Part shown: positions 1 through 10,250 of the stretch, one piece after another
Layout of the letters: every line of letters starts with the position of its first letter
Position numbering within the stretch: position 1 is the stretch's first letter
Assembly (NCBI GenBank): GCA_963721155.1
Contig: CAVRID010000017.1
Coordinates: 863 to 64,862, forward strand
Source of the DNA: an uncultured Acidobacteriaceae bacterium
GTDB lineage: Bacteria; Acidobacteriota; Terriglobia; Terriglobales; Acidobacteriaceae
DNA: 64,000 bases
Direction: 5' to 3'
Position numbers and translations under genes: made by a program
Notes under the pieces: generated by a model
Seen by the model: only the letters and a program-made list of their open reading frames with translations
Told to the model about the DNA's origin: nothing
Database searches by the model: none

Positions 1-639
1 CACCTCTTCTTTAGCTGGGCCTGCGAATTGGCCCTGAAGCCTGCGGTCCTCGACGTGGTTGAATCCTTGGTTGGGCCGGAAATATTGTTGCATTCCACTC
101 GGCTTTTCTATAAGCATCCGAAAGACCCGGCTTATGTATCGTGGCATCTTGACGGTAGATACTCGGGCCTGAATTCCTACCAGGCTCCAACGGTGTGGAT
201 TGCGCTTACCGAGAGTAACCGGCAGAATGGCGGCCTGCGAATCGTACGCAGCTCCCACCGGTTCGCGCCGGCCTCCTTCGTCGAGAAACCCCACGCTGAT
301 AACCTTGAAAATCACGGGCAGGAAGTGGATGTGGACTCGACTCGTGCTGACATTGTGGATGTCTCCTTGCAACCGGGTGAAATGTCAGTTCATGACGTAA
401 ATGTGATTCACGGGTCAGAGGCCAACTCCTCCGATATTTCCCGGATCGGTTTCTCGATTTCGTACGTGACCCCAAAGGTTCCGACGTCGATCCTGCCCTT
501 GGTGCGCGCTCGGGGCACCGAGCCATGCGATCATCTGCGATTGGTCATGGCACCCGAACCGTGCAGATTGGAACACTCCATTGCTGCTCACGCAGCATTC
601 CTGCAGGCAAACAGTCTGCAAGCTCCACGCTTGGGATAG
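1..639 (+). CDS. Phytanoyl-CoA dioxygenase (PhyH) family Fe(II)/2-oxoglutarate oxygenase, 5'-partial (frame is open to the window edge)
   Basis: The reading frame is open from nt 1. Motifs 'VSWHLDGRYS', 'TVWIALTESNRQNGGLRIVRSSHR' and 'MSVHDVNVIHGSEAN' fit the PhyH HxD...H fold. Confidence 0.65.
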   Translation, partial: HLFFSWACELALKPAVLDVVESLVGPEILLHSTRLFYKHPKDPAYVSWHLDGRYSGLNSYQAPTVWIALTESNRQNGGLRIVRSSHRFAPASFVEKPHADNLENHGQEVDVDSTRADIVDVSLQPGEMSVHDVNVIHGSEANSSDISRIGFSISYVTPKVPTSILPLVRARGTEPCDHLRLVMAPEPCRLEHSIAAHAAFLQANSLQAPRLG

Positions 640-660
640 GCACGTCGCTCTACGCAGGAC

Positions 661-1788
661 TTGATGAGGCTTCTCTACGTTGTAGAACTGTGGCCAAGCA
701 CGCATGCCACCTACCTCTATCGCGAGATGCGGTGGATGCAAGAGCAAGGTCACGCCGTCGCCGTGGTATCGATCGAGCAAGGCGCCGGGCCAGGAGAGGC
801 TAATCTCACGCGCTATGGTCTGGAGAAGGTGCCGGTGTTGATACTGGGACTGCATCCGTCGCCCGAGGCTTTAATCGCGTTTGTAAACGCATTGCGTATC
901 GAAATAATGGATGCGCATGGGGGCCGCGATGCCGGAGAGCTGGCGTGCCAAGCTCACTTAACTACCGGCATCCCTTATGCCTTGCGCTTACACGGAGGCG
1001 ACGTCCATTCCGCCCCTTCCCCTGCCCTTGAACACACCCTGGATCACGCGGCCGTCATCTGCCCGGTGAGCCCGTTTCTAGTTGGCTTCCTTACCGGCCA
1101 GAATCCACCATCATCGCTGCCCGACGGATTGCCTGTTAAATTTGATCAGCAGAAAATGCGAATATGCCGTCATGGTCTCCCACAAGACGAGGTGGCGCTC
1201 CAACCAGTTCTCCAATCGGATAATCAGGAATTGATCGGCTCGGTTGGCCGGCTATCGCCTGTGAAACGTCAGTGTGATCTCTTGACTGCTCTAGCCATGC
1301 TCACTCCTGAATTTCCGCACCTGCGACTGCGATTCATCGGCGGAGGCGAATTGCTTTCAGACCTGGGCGCACAAGCCGAACGTCTCGGTATCGCCACAAG
1401 GGTCGAATTCACCGGCGACATGACGGTTGCGGATACCCTTCGGCTTATGCAGGATTTCAGCATCTACGTGCAGACTTCGGAATTGGAGGGTTTCTGCCTT
1501 GCCACTCTGGAGGCAGCCGCGCAGGGCTTACCTCTGCTCGTTTCTGAAACAGGGATTCATGGAGAGTGCGTCGAGTCAGGCGAGAATGGCTATCTCTTTC
1601 AGCCAGGCGACGTGCAAAGGTTGAGCCGTCGCTTGGCTGAATTAATCCGAAGCGGACGGGACTCCAGGCAGCGAATGGGTGCTGCGAGCCTTAGTATTGT
1701 CCGGCATCGCTTCGCCCTGGAAAGATTGATGTCCCGGCTGGAGGCCATCTATAGCGCGGTGCTCGCCAAGGCGCCGTTGCCAAGCTAG
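661..1788 (+). CDS. Glycosyltransferase family 4 (GT-B)
   Basis: 375-aa ORF. The C-terminal signature 'SELEGFCLATLEAAAQGLPLLVSETGIHGECVESGENGYLF' is the E-x7-E GT4 motif. Confidence 0.85.
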   Translation: MMRLLYVVELWPSTHATYLYREMRWMQEQGHAVAVVSIEQGAGPGEANLTRYGLEKVPVLILGLHPSPEALIAFVNALRIEIMDAHGGRDAGELACQAHLTTGIPYALRLHGGDVHSAPSPALEHTLDHAAVICPVSPFLVGFLTGQNPPSSLPDGLPVKFDQQKMRICRHGLPQDEVALQPVLQSDNQELIGSVGRLSPVKRQCDLLTALAMLTPEFPHLRLRFIGGGELLSDLGAQAERLGIATRVEFTGDMTVADTLRLMQDFSIYVQTSELEGFCLATLEAAAQGLPLLVSETGIHGECVESGENGYLFQPGDVQRLSRRLAELIRSGRDSRQRMGAASLSIVRHRFALERLMSRLEAIYSAVLAKAPLPS

Positions 1789-1846
1789 CCAGTTGCAATT
1801 CCGCAAGTCCAGACCTGGGGTTGTCTCCTCTGAACTAGGAGAAAAA

Positions 1847-2830
1847 ATGCGCATATTGCTTACCAGCCAGCACCGATACCCAGCCGACAGACACCCGGTG
1901 TGTAATGGCGGTCTTGCCTCATACCGAGTGCTTGACACTCTGGTAAAAGGCCTGGCAGAACTCGGACAAGACATCGTCTACCAGTTGGAACAAGGAGCGG
2001 CAGAGCCATTGCCGGCCGGGGTACGAGTGGCGTGCGAGACGGGCTGGCACGCGGATGTGATTCACGTTCAGGACCGGGACTTGACTGTTCCAATTAATTT
2101 GACGGACCCATGGGTGCGGACCTGCCATGCGGACCTTGCCGTTCGCGGCTTGTCGCGAAATTATGCTCGGGACAACTGGATATTTGTCTCCCGCACGCTG
2201 GCCGAGTCTTATGGCCGTAGCCGTCACGTTCTTAACGGAATCGATCCCGGCGACTATGAATATTCTCAGCAGAAAAAGAGCTATTTCCTGGTCATGTGTG
2301 ACTTGGGTCGTTTCCTGCGAAAGGGAGTCGATATTGCCATAACTCTGGCGGACATAACGTCACTGCCACTGGTAATTGCGGGATCCACCAGCGACGCTGC
2401 TGCCGACAGAAGCATTCGCGATCTTGCACGCGGCAAGCCCGTGACGTTCGCCGGCGAGGTCCAGGGAAAGCAGAAGGCAGAGCTCCTCACGGGAGCGAAA
2501 GCGCTGCTATTTCCGACGCGCATCAATGAAGCATTCGGGCTGGTGGTCGCAGAAGCGCTTATGTCGGGTACGCCCGTAATCGCCAGTGATTACGGCGCCT
2601 GCCCCGAGATGGTAACTCCGGATGTGGGATTCGTCTGCAAAGATATGAACGAGTTTGTTCACGCGATGGATCACGTGGGCGAAATCTCTCCGCAAGCATG
2701 CCGGCAAAAGGCCATGACGGATTTCCATTACCGGCGGATGGCGGCCAACTACCTGAAGGAGTACGAAATCGAAATCGGCGGAATTCAGCCCTCGAGACGT
2801 GAAACGAATGCATTTCCGGGAGCGACATAA
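1847..2830 (+). CDS. Glycosyltransferase family 4/1 (GT-B)
   Basis: ATG at 1847 follows AGGAG. The N-terminus is 'MRILLTS'. 'NEAFGLVVAEALMSGTPVIASDYGACPEMV' is a GT4 motif. Confidence 0.8.
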   Translation: MRILLTSQHRYPADRHPVCNGGLASYRVLDTLVKGLAELGQDIVYQLEQGAAEPLPAGVRVACETGWHADVIHVQDRDLTVPINLTDPWVRTCHADLAVRGLSRNYARDNWIFVSRTLAESYGRSRHVLNGIDPGDYEYSQQKKSYFLVMCDLGRFLRKGVDIAITLADITSLPLVIAGSTSDAAADRSIRDLARGKPVTFAGEVQGKQKAELLTGAKALLFPTRINEAFGLVVAEALMSGTPVIASDYGACPEMVTPDVGFVCKDMNEFVHAMDHVGEISPQACRQKAMTDFHYRRMAANYLKEYEIEIGGIQPSRRETNAFPGAT

Positions 2831-2842
2831 GCGCTCCGCTTA

Positions 2843-3916
2843 TCAGGCGAATGCGAGTATGGAGGTCGAGCGACGGTTGGTCGCCCAACTCGCCTTATAC
2901 GGATATCCCCCCCGCAGCAGATCATATTCCCTGAATCCAATGTCATAGGCATGGCGAATCCCTCCGTCCATCAGCAGTGTCCCGGTCGATATGTTCTCCA
3001 CCTCGGGCACGAAGCCACCGCTCCAGGTACACAGGCTGCCCGCCCCCACCATACAAAGATCCATGGCGACTACGCGATCGAACTTAACAAGTCCCAGGAC
3101 CTGCACGCGACCCTGGGCAAACAGCGCTGGCAGCACTTCTCCGACGAAAGCCTGGGCAGCGGCATTGGCGAAACAGCTCCTGGCACCCATGCGGCTCAGA
3201 TGCAAAGAGAGAAAAAGATCAGGCAAATGGGCGGGAGGCAATGTCTGCGGCGTCAGGACTGTCAAATTCAGGCCGGCTGCCGCCGCCTTCCGATACGCCC
3301 GGTTGAGACTTTTTCGATGGACTCTGCTTCTACTCATCAGATAGTCGTTATGGTTGGGCGGCAGCGAAACATATGAGTAAAAGTCGGTAGAGATGCTCGG
3401 AGATGGAAGTTCGGGGTCGGGTCCGATTTCCTTCAGGCTCTGAAGGCAGACGGAGTCTTGCCTAAATCTCGATAGTTTTGCCCTGTAGTCGCGTGACATT
3501 CGATACACGTACCGAAGCAGCACAGCGACGGCATCCGCATCGTCCTTTGTGGCAATCACATCGTTGTAGTCTGTGAAGCCGCGCACGAATTCAAGGGATT
3601 TTTCCTCAGGAATTATCAGCAGGGGCAAGACCGCTGACAGCTTTGAGTATCGCCGGGTCACCACCACGTGCGGTGTCACCGAGGGATAAGATTTGCAGTA
3701 TGCGATATACCAGCTTGAACAACTGAAAGCCCGGTTGCATTGTGTTTTCGCAAGGAGCTCATCCCATTCACGAGCGATCGCTCGGATCTGCGGGAGTTCG
3801 TTCAACAGCTCAAATTCAAGACCGCCCCAGCCGAGCTTCGACGTGCGCGGAGGTAGCAATTCCCCCGTTGTCACGGCCGCCTCTTCCCACGCCTCGCCAT
3901 GGGTCTCTCCGGTCAC
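2843..3916 (-). CDS. GNAT-fold acetyltransferase, CelD/BcsL (FemAB-like) family
   Basis: 357-aa ORF. The C-terminal 'GFREYDLLRGGYPYKASWA' is typical of CelD-like Acetyltransf_6 proteins found in EPS loci. Confidence 0.55.
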   Translation of the reverse strand: MTGETHGEAWEEAAVTTGELLPPRTSKLGWGGLEFELLNELPQIRAIAREWDELLAKTQCNRAFSCSSWYIAYCKSYPSVTPHVVVTRRYSKLSAVLPLLIIPEEKSLEFVRGFTDYNDVIATKDDADAVAVLLRYVYRMSRDYRAKLSRFRQDSVCLQSLKEIGPDPELPSPSISTDFYSYVSLPPNHNDYLMSRSRVHRKSLNRAYRKAAAAGLNLTVLTPQTLPPAHLPDLFLSLHLSRMGARSCFANAAAQAFVGEVLPALFAQGRVQVLGLVKFDRVVAMDLCMVGAGSLCTWSGGFVPEVENISTGTLLMDGGIRHAYDIGFREYDLLRGGYPYKASWATNRRSTSILAFA

Positions 3917-3922
3917 AGCTCT

Positions 3923-4810
3923 TTACCCTAACGAATGAAAGCCATCCACGCACGCCAGCCATTCGCCTTGCGTCACGGGGTGAGCGTCCAGATGATGCAT
4001 TCCGGTTGCGTTCCATCCGGTTCCGGCACCGGTCAGTATAGGGCTCTTGTCGCTCTCCCGCTCGGCATAAGCGTTCTCAGCTAAGTTGAGGACATCAACC
4101 GCTCTCACCCGGCTGCCATAAAGCGGCACCGAATCCTGAGCGTATCGGATCAGCCTGTTTTCCAGGGGCAGCACTCTTCCGGCGGGCCTAGCTCTTCGGG
4201 GATCGCCGCTCACCACTGGACTCGCGGTGTGCTCCTTCCACGGCCCTTCAAGATTGTCTGCACCGAAGAGGCTGAGAGAGTCATGAGCATGCGGAGCGGG
4301 ACACGCGTACATCCACCACCTGCCGCGAAAGCGGAATGGCGATGGGTCCGCAAACACGCCAGACAAGAGGGTCCGCACGAACCGCCATCGTGTGGGGAAC
4401 GATTCCGCCCGGTAAAGACACACCTCCGATAGAGGCAGCGTCTCGGGAATCATGTAATAGTCGCCCTGCCATTCAAAGACCGACGGATAGGACAGGTGAA
4501 ACGGCTCCCGCAGAATGACCTGTTCGTACTTCCAGTCGGCGCCGTCCGAGCTTGTTGCCAGAGCGATAACGCCTGTCTCCGTCTGCCGATCCATGACTTC
4601 GAAAAACATGTACCAAACATTCAGGTGCCTCACCATAAACGGATCGGCCACGAATGCCGCGGCAACATCGGAAACATCCGCTGCCGAGAGGACAGGGTTA
4701 GCGGCTTGTTCAGACGGTGAGAAACTATAAGGCGAGTTCCCCCTATAGATTCCGATAGCCCATACGCAGCGCCAGCGTATTCGAGGTTCCTGGGTCAGAC
4801 CTGCGGCCAA
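3923..4810 (-). CDS. GH43-like beta-propeller protein (family usually annotated as glucosamine inositolphosphorylceramide transferase-like)
   Basis: The long ORF 3923..4990 overlaps the MCO 3' end. The conserved part begins at 'WAIGIYRG'. A TTG at 4810 is preceded by GGGGA. Motifs 'FVADPFMV', 'WYMFFE' and 'YPSVFEWQGDYYMIPE' are present. The start is uncertain. Confidence 0.5.
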   Translation of the reverse strand: MAAGLTQEPRIRWRCVWAIGIYRGNSPYSFSPSEQAANPVLSAADVSDVAAAFVADPFMVRHLNVWYMFFEVMDRQTETGVIALATSSDGADWKYEQVILREPFHLSYPSVFEWQGDYYMIPETLPLSEVCLYRAESFPTRWRFVRTLLSGVFADPSPFRFRGRWWMYACPAPHAHDSLSLFGADNLEGPWKEHTASPVVSGDPRRARPAGRVLPLENRLIRYAQDSVPLYGSRVRAVDVLNLAENAYAERESDKSPILTGAGTGWNATGMHHLDAHPVTQGEWLACVDGFHSLG

Positions 4811-4862
4811 AATCTTGTTCCCCGAACCATTGTTCCCTCCAAAGTCCCTGCCGTCCGGAAAT

Positions 4863-7800
4863 CTACTGTTTCGCTCGCGTCCCACGTTGGACCAGGAATC
4901 GGTCGGAATTGTCTGGCGGACTGGGACGCTGTGAGGCTTTTTGCACAGCCGCCGCCGTCGTCCTCTGTGAAGCAACCAGGGCCGCTGCAAACAGCTCCGG
5001 CTTCGGACTGGGGCACGAAGCGCCCGTCGCTGAAGGTGTCACGCGGAAGACGCCCCAAATGCCGGCCGAACCTTCGGGCGTGGGAAAGCTTTCATAGAGG
5101 TAATCCCCCGGAACTTTGTTACTGCCGCCGGCACTGGCCAGGACCAGGTCGAAATGGTTTTGCGGACCAAAGCCGTCCCGCGCACCCATCCATTGTGAAT
5201 CTTGATTGCTGCCGATAGAGGCGCTCGGAACTCCGTTGGTCGAGACGTAAGGCTCTTCCGGCCATACGTGCCCGTGCAGTGTCCAGACGCTATCAGGGAA
5301 CTGGCCGGGGCCGTCGGGGTGCAGCATTCGAAACCGCACCGGAGTACCGGCCTGGGCGCAGAAGATTGGTGTCTGCGGATCGGCACTGTTCAGGCTGTTT
5401 GCAAACGCCTGACTTATGTCGATGAAATTGAAATTAACACTGGGGCTTTGGTAGCGATAGAACATCGGTTCAGTCCCAAAGTTTACAGACTGGAAATAGG
5501 ATCCGTTATTTAGATAAACATTGTCCTGAACCATGGTCACAAATTCACGGAAGAGGAGGTTCCCGCCGGAATCCTTGACGTCGACTGTGGTGTCGGGAAT
5601 CGCCGGCGACGTCGGCGTGCTGTTGCTGCAGGTCGAGGTTCCGGCTTGGCACCAAACCGAAGCTGCAGGCTCAATAATCAACGAGCCGATCAGCGCGTAA
5701 GGTTGCTGCTCCATTGGGTCCGAGGACAAAAGATTTACCGATCCAAGCTCAACCGGAGTTCCTGTCACCTGGCCATTTGCGCCCGTTGTCAGAGTTCCCG
5801 CATACCAGGAATAGGCCGTTTGCTTCCCCGGAGGTACCGTTTGTGCGGGGTTGAAGCCGACGTTCAGGCCGCTGTCCTTGGTCACGTCATATCCCACCAA
5901 CTGGGGATGGAGACCGACGTTCGGAGATGGGTAGAGGTTTACGGCGAGGTTGTTAATAGGAGAGTTGCTGTCGGGGGTATTAAAAACCCCACTTGTTGCG
6001 ACGAACTTATTGTAGAGAGTCACGTTGATGCATTCGCCGGCCACTGCTCGCAAAACGAGTGGGGCGGCAGGCGTTTGGGTCAGCGGATTGCCCTTGTTGT
6101 CTGCGAGAACGTACAGCAGCGGTGTTGTGACCTGGATCGCCTTTTGGCCGGCCTCTCCTGTGTTATACGTCACCGGTGCCTTCGCAGGGCTGATCGCCGC
6201 CACGTAATATTGGCGTTGAGGCGCATTTGCGGGACAGCTCTGGCTGCTCTGCGGCGGAGCAATGCCGCCGGAAGGATTGTTGGCGAGCGGGACGAGGTCG
6301 GTCAATGGTTTGCTGCCGCTCGCATTGTAGGCGCGCATCAGGCCCCAGTGGCCGTTGGCCAGATCGTCCACCCCCGAACCAGTCATATACAAATAGTCAG
6401 ATGCGGGCAGCGAAACACCCGGACTCGGATTCGATGCAGTCACCGGCATCGTAAACTGCATCTCGAAATGTTCCGAAATGCCCATCGCCTGGTTGTCGCG
6501 GTATCCGGAATTCTCCGCCGACGGTTCAAAGAGCCACTTGATCCCGTGAATGCTGAAGTTGTGGTTCATTAAGTAGCCCCCCACCAGTACCCGCAGTTGC
6601 ACGCGGTCATTCTGATACGCGCGCAGTAGCGGTGTGTAAGGGTCGGGCCCCTGGGCTCCGGTGAAGGGGATCGGAAATTCGAAGCCTGAGTGGCCGATAC
6701 TAGAACCAGCATTGGGCTGGCTGTTCAATGCCGCGGCGACTCTCGGGATGGAAGCGAACGCGTAGGAAAGATCGGTCGAGTTAGCAGGGCAAGTTGGCGC
6801 CACGCACGGGCCCGTCGAACCACTCCCGCCTACTCGCGTCGTGAGCGGTTCACTCCGATAATTCACGGTCGCCGTGCCCGTCGATTGACCACCCGTAATC
6901 AAGCAGGCGGCGGGTGTCGCACTTCCACAGTTCGAGGGATTGACCACCGCGCGAGAGTCGGCCCATCCCCACGGAGTGCCTGTTCCCGGAGGGTTCGGAT
7001 AACTGCCGCTGTAGGGTGTGCACCCAGCCAGTTGACTTTGCGTGGACAACGGATAGCAGAACGACGATGCCAAGCTGTTGCCGGAATAAGCGAGTGCCAG
7101 GTCGCCGAACTCCAGGGCGAATTCCCTGTAACTATCCTGGCCTCCATTGCCGTTCGTGACATTCGCCTTCCAGTCGGTGGGACCGCCGTCCGGTCGAACT
7201 GGATTCACCTTATATCCGCCCATAGTCTGGCCGGTCTCGGAATTTTGCCACGTGGCGTCGGGGGGTTCCACCAGGAGCCCGGCATAGAGGCCGGCCTGTT
7301 GATGCGTGGAAGGACCGAAGTGATCGTGTGTAAACACGGTCCGGATAGTACGGTCCTGCCCCTTGCCATCGTTCTGGCACGGAGGCCATGGGCAACCGTC
7401 CAAAGGATCTGCATACCAGCGCTGGATCGTGGTTTGCGCGCCGAACCATTGGTTGCAGGGTGACTGTGTGGAATTCGGGCAGATTTCTGTCGGCGGAGGC
7501 TGTGCGGTCAGAGTCGCCGGTTGGCCCGTCAACGGTAGCCATTTGCCCCCTGAAGTTTGTAATGCTTTGATTCGCTCCTGTACTTCCTGCGGGCTGAAAG
7601 TACCGTCTTCGTAATTGAAGCCATTCGCGGCGCCATCCGAAGCCAGCACATCGAATTTCACGAGGTGAATATGCTGCCCGAGGATATCGGTCGGGGTCTG
7701 CACCTGAAAATCGTCCAACTGGTAATAGTTTGGCACCAGATTGGTCTGCCAGTACTCCACGATATCGCCACTGTTTGCCCGGAAGAAGAAGGGCTGGGGC

Positions 7801-10250
7801 ATGCGTGCACCGGTCATGGTAGGCATGACGTCGTCCCACAACGTGATAAAGCGCTCCTGGGGGTAGTGCGTTCCAGTCTTACTGAAGACTACGTCTCGCT
7901 GGATATTTGCTCCCCTATACTGGCGGACATTGCCCACGGCGTTGCCGTTATCGTCCACTCCCGGGTCGGCGAAGGGTGCACCTTGTTGTGAGCCCCACTG
8001 ATTTTCCGCCTGTCCAGGTCCTTTGCGCGGTAAACCGTTCACGATGAAGCTCGCCGGCTTCCCGTCGGGACTGAAACTGGGATGTTGCCGGGTGCCAAAG
8101 TAAGCCATTGCTGCCTGCTCAACCGTTGTGCCCGCTTCCGGCAATTGCTGGGCTATCAGGGTGTCGGTGTCCTTGCTGAAGTCCCACACGTTGAATTGAT
8201 TATTGCTGATATGGCCGCTCAATACGACATGTCGGGGGAGTCCGCCATCGAGATACTGCTTGTTCCCGTAACTGTCTGTGAGATAGGCGAAATCAAGCGG
8301 AGGATGAGGAGCGCGATGACCCGCGATCCCTGGCACGAAGAACGGGAATCCGGGATTCCCGGGTCCCAAGACCTGGGCCTGATAGCCAATCTGCTGATTT
8401 CCACCTGGGATTGTCGCCGCGACGATGCTCACCTTTTCCGGAAGCGGAGCCATGCCCAAGGTTGGCACCGGAACTACTGCCGGTATCGGCGTGCCGGTTG
8501 GTATTTCGCCATCGGGCAGTGCTCGGGCGCCGGCTACTGGCCGTCCGTTGCCGTCTAGGACGGTCCCCGCCTCAAACACGTCATGTACACGCCACAACGA
8601 CCACATCCCGGCTGCAAAATGGGGATAGAAATGGCAATGAAAGATGGAGTCTCCAGCAGTTTGGTTCCGGTTACCGCTTCCGTTGTAATCCACTTCCAGA
8701 GTAAAAGCGGCTCCGGGACTGATCATCTGACTATCGAGGTAACTGCTGTTCGGGTCATTCGGTGTGTGCAGCCATTGATGCGCGTGCTGGTGGTGCACAT
8801 GAGTCAGAAAGGCGCCGACGTTGAGAATGCGAAACTTGACATGGTCCTGGACATAGCTGTGATACACATTCGAAGGATCGTCGGGGAAGTAGGCGAGGGT
8901 GGCTTTCGGTGCAGCGAGCGGAGCAGTGGGAGCGGGCGTCGTGCTACCCGAGACCACCCACTCAGTGAATTGATTCTCGAAAGTCGACAATAGGTTTGGA
9001 GACGGCGGCGAGTTGCTCGTCTGATTATCAGGACGGTTGGCCGGGATATCGACGACCATGGCCGGATCGCCCAGCGCCCATGAACTTAGGAAAAATTCTT
9101 CAAAGCGGCAGTCGACACAGCTGGCACTCGCCCCTACCCCCAGCCGGTTCGCCACCACCTCCGCTCCGATTCCGCCGGTACCGTAGTTAATGCCAAGGTT
9201 ATCCTGCCCTGGCGAAAGTGTCGCACCCAAACCGGTTTTAATTGGGTAAAACTGTGTAAACGCCTGAATAGCTTCGAACATTTCGTGATAATGGATAGTA
9301 AATTCGCGGAAAGGCTGGTTCCGCCCGGGAGAGGGGGGTATCGGATCAAACTCATTCGCGGGAAATGGACCTTGATTGGGACCGGTGACGATAGCCGTTA
9401 GGTCGGTGTAGATCAGGTTGTTATTGTCATCCACCATCTTGAGGATGAACTGGCCTGACCGCGGGCCCGAATTGAATTTTGCCAGGTAGTTAAGAATCGG
9501 GTGACCGTCCGGCGTCGTCCCTGTCGTGGCTTGGGCCAGGTCGGCCTGCGTCACTTGGCTGCGGTAGTATTCTGCATTCTTAGGCTCTACAATTACGGCA
9601 CCGAACAACCCGGCGGTGACCTGGCCGCCGCCGTTGGTCGATCCGCCGAAGGTCGCGCCCATGCTGTGAAGCAGATAGGTTCCCTCCTGGGCTGCAAGCA
9701 AGGTGTAGGTGGCCGAGCCACCAGGCTTGACTAAACTTCCTATGCCTCCAGAAGCCCCGTTTTGGCCTACCCACGAGCCGTCGTCGCTGCTACTCGTAGC
9801 CAGTTCCATGCCGTTTACATGGATGGACGCTTCCTTAGTACAGGGCGACAAACTCGCTATTTCGGACTTGTCAGACGTGCAGACTCCCGCAGTAGGCAGG
9901 GGTATCAGCCAGTTGGTAAAGTTGATTTTGAGACACTCCCCCTGGTTGACCCGCAAGACGATAGGACGCGGCCGTTTGTCCGACCGCAGTACAGCGTTGC
10001 CAGCCCCAAGCGGCTGACTGGCATTCAAAGCCACGACATCGCTTTTCAGTGCAAATATCATTCCTTGGGGCATCGCAGCGCCCAGACGGTTCAGCATGAA
10101 AGGCTGATTGAGTGCAACGACGGTGGCGGTGATTGTGTTCTGGGCCGTGCAGGAGATGCTAGATGACTGGGCGACGCCACAAGCTGAAGTCAGGATTGTC
10201 GCAACGAGACAGAAAAACGAGAATCTTAACCCGATTCCTAGTCTAGACAT
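4863..10250 (-). CDS. Giant secreted multidomain multicopper oxidase (MofA/MnxG-like size class)
   Basis: 1795-aa ORF with an N-terminal signal ('FFCLVATILTSAC', possible lipobox). A type-1/type-3 Cu motif 'HCHFYPHFAAGM' lies at aa 538-549 (HCH at nt 8631-8639). Other motifs are 'HVHHQHAHQWLH' (aa 484-495), 'HIHLVKFD' (aa 860) and a Cys-less 'HDHFGPSTHQQAGLY' (aa 975). Confidence 0.85.
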   Translation of the reverse strand: MSRLGIGLRFSFFCLVATILTSACGVAQSSSISCTAQNTITATVVALNQPFMLNRLGAAMPQGMIFALKSDVVALNASQPLGAGNAVLRSDKRPRPIVLRVNQGECLKINFTNWLIPLPTAGVCTSDKSEIASLSPCTKEASIHVNGMELATSSSDDGSWVGQNGASGGIGSLVKPGGSATYTLLAAQEGTYLLHSMGATFGGSTNGGGQVTAGLFGAVIVEPKNAEYYRSQVTQADLAQATTGTTPDGHPILNYLAKFNSGPRSGQFILKMVDDNNNLIYTDLTAIVTGPNQGPFPANEFDPIPPSPGRNQPFREFTIHYHEMFEAIQAFTQFYPIKTGLGATLSPGQDNLGINYGTGGIGAEVVANRLGVGASASCVDCRFEEFFLSSWALGDPAMVVDIPANRPDNQTSNSPPSPNLLSTFENQFTEWVVSGSTTPAPTAPLAAPKATLAYFPDDPSNVYHSYVQDHVKFRILNVGAFLTHVHHQHAHQWLHTPNDPNSSYLDSQMISPGAAFTLEVDYNGSGNRNQTAGDSIFHCHFYPHFAAGMWSLWRVHDVFEAGTVLDGNGRPVAGARALPDGEIPTGTPIPAVVPVPTLGMAPLPEKVSIVAATIPGGNQQIGYQAQVLGPGNPGFPFFVPGIAGHRAPHPPLDFAYLTDSYGNKQYLDGGLPRHVVLSGHISNNQFNVWDFSKDTDTLIAQQLPEAGTTVEQAAMAYFGTRQHPSFSPDGKPASFIVNGLPRKGPGQAENQWGSQQGAPFADPGVDDNGNAVGNVRQYRGANIQRDVVFSKTGTHYPQERFITLWDDVMPTMTGARMPQPFFFRANSGDIVEYWQTNLVPNYYQLDDFQVQTPTDILGQHIHLVKFDVLASDGAANGFNYEDGTFSPQEVQERIKALQTSGGKWLPLTGQPATLTAQPPPTEICPNSTQSPCNQWFGAQTTIQRWYADPLDGCPWPPCQNDGKGQDRTIRTVFTHDHFGPSTHQQAGLYAGLLVEPPDATWQNSETGQTMGGYKVNPVRPDGGPTDWKANVTNGNGGQDSYREFALEFGDLALAYSGNSLASSFCYPLSTQSQLAGCTPYSGSYPNPPGTGTPWGWADSRAVVNPSNCGSATPAACLITGGQSTGTATVNYRSEPLTTRVGGSGSTGPCVAPTCPANSTDLSYAFASIPRVAAALNSQPNAGSSIGHSGFEFPIPFTGAQGPDPYTPLLRAYQNDRVQLRVLVGGYLMNHNFSIHGIKWLFEPSAENSGYRDNQAMGISEHFEMQFTMPVTASNPSPGVSLPASDYLYMTGSGVDDLANGHWGLMRAYNASGSKPLTDLVPLANNPSGGIAPPQSSQSCPANAPQRQYYVAAISPAKAPVTYNTGEAGQKAIQVTTPLLYVLADNKGNPLTQTPAAPLVLRAVAGECINVTLYNKFVATSGVFNTPDSNSPINNLAVNLYPSPNVGLHPQLVGYDVTKDSGLNVGFNPAQTVPPGKQTAYSWYAGTLTTGANGQVTGTPVELGSVNLLSSDPMEQQPYALIGSLIIEPAASVWCQAGTSTCSNSTPTSPAIPDTTVDVKDSGGNLLFREFVTMVQDNVYLNNGSYFQSVNFGTEPMFYRYQSPSVNFNFIDISQAFANSLNSADPQTPIFCAQAGTPVRFRMLHPDGPGQFPDSVWTLHGHVWPEEPYVSTNGVPSASIGSNQDSQWMGARDGFGPQNHFDLVLASAGGSNKVPGDYLYESFPTPEGSAGIWGVFRVTPSATGASCPSPKPELFAAALVASQRTTAAAVQKASQRPSPPDNSDRFLVQRGTRAKQ

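Noticed and set aside
5646-7839. Several 200-310-aa ORFs on both strands inside the giant MCO gene (5646..6572, 6690..7463, 7210..7839)
   Set aside because: They lie entirely inside a 5.4-kb ORF with copper-binding motifs. They have low-complexity Arg-rich products and no independent support.
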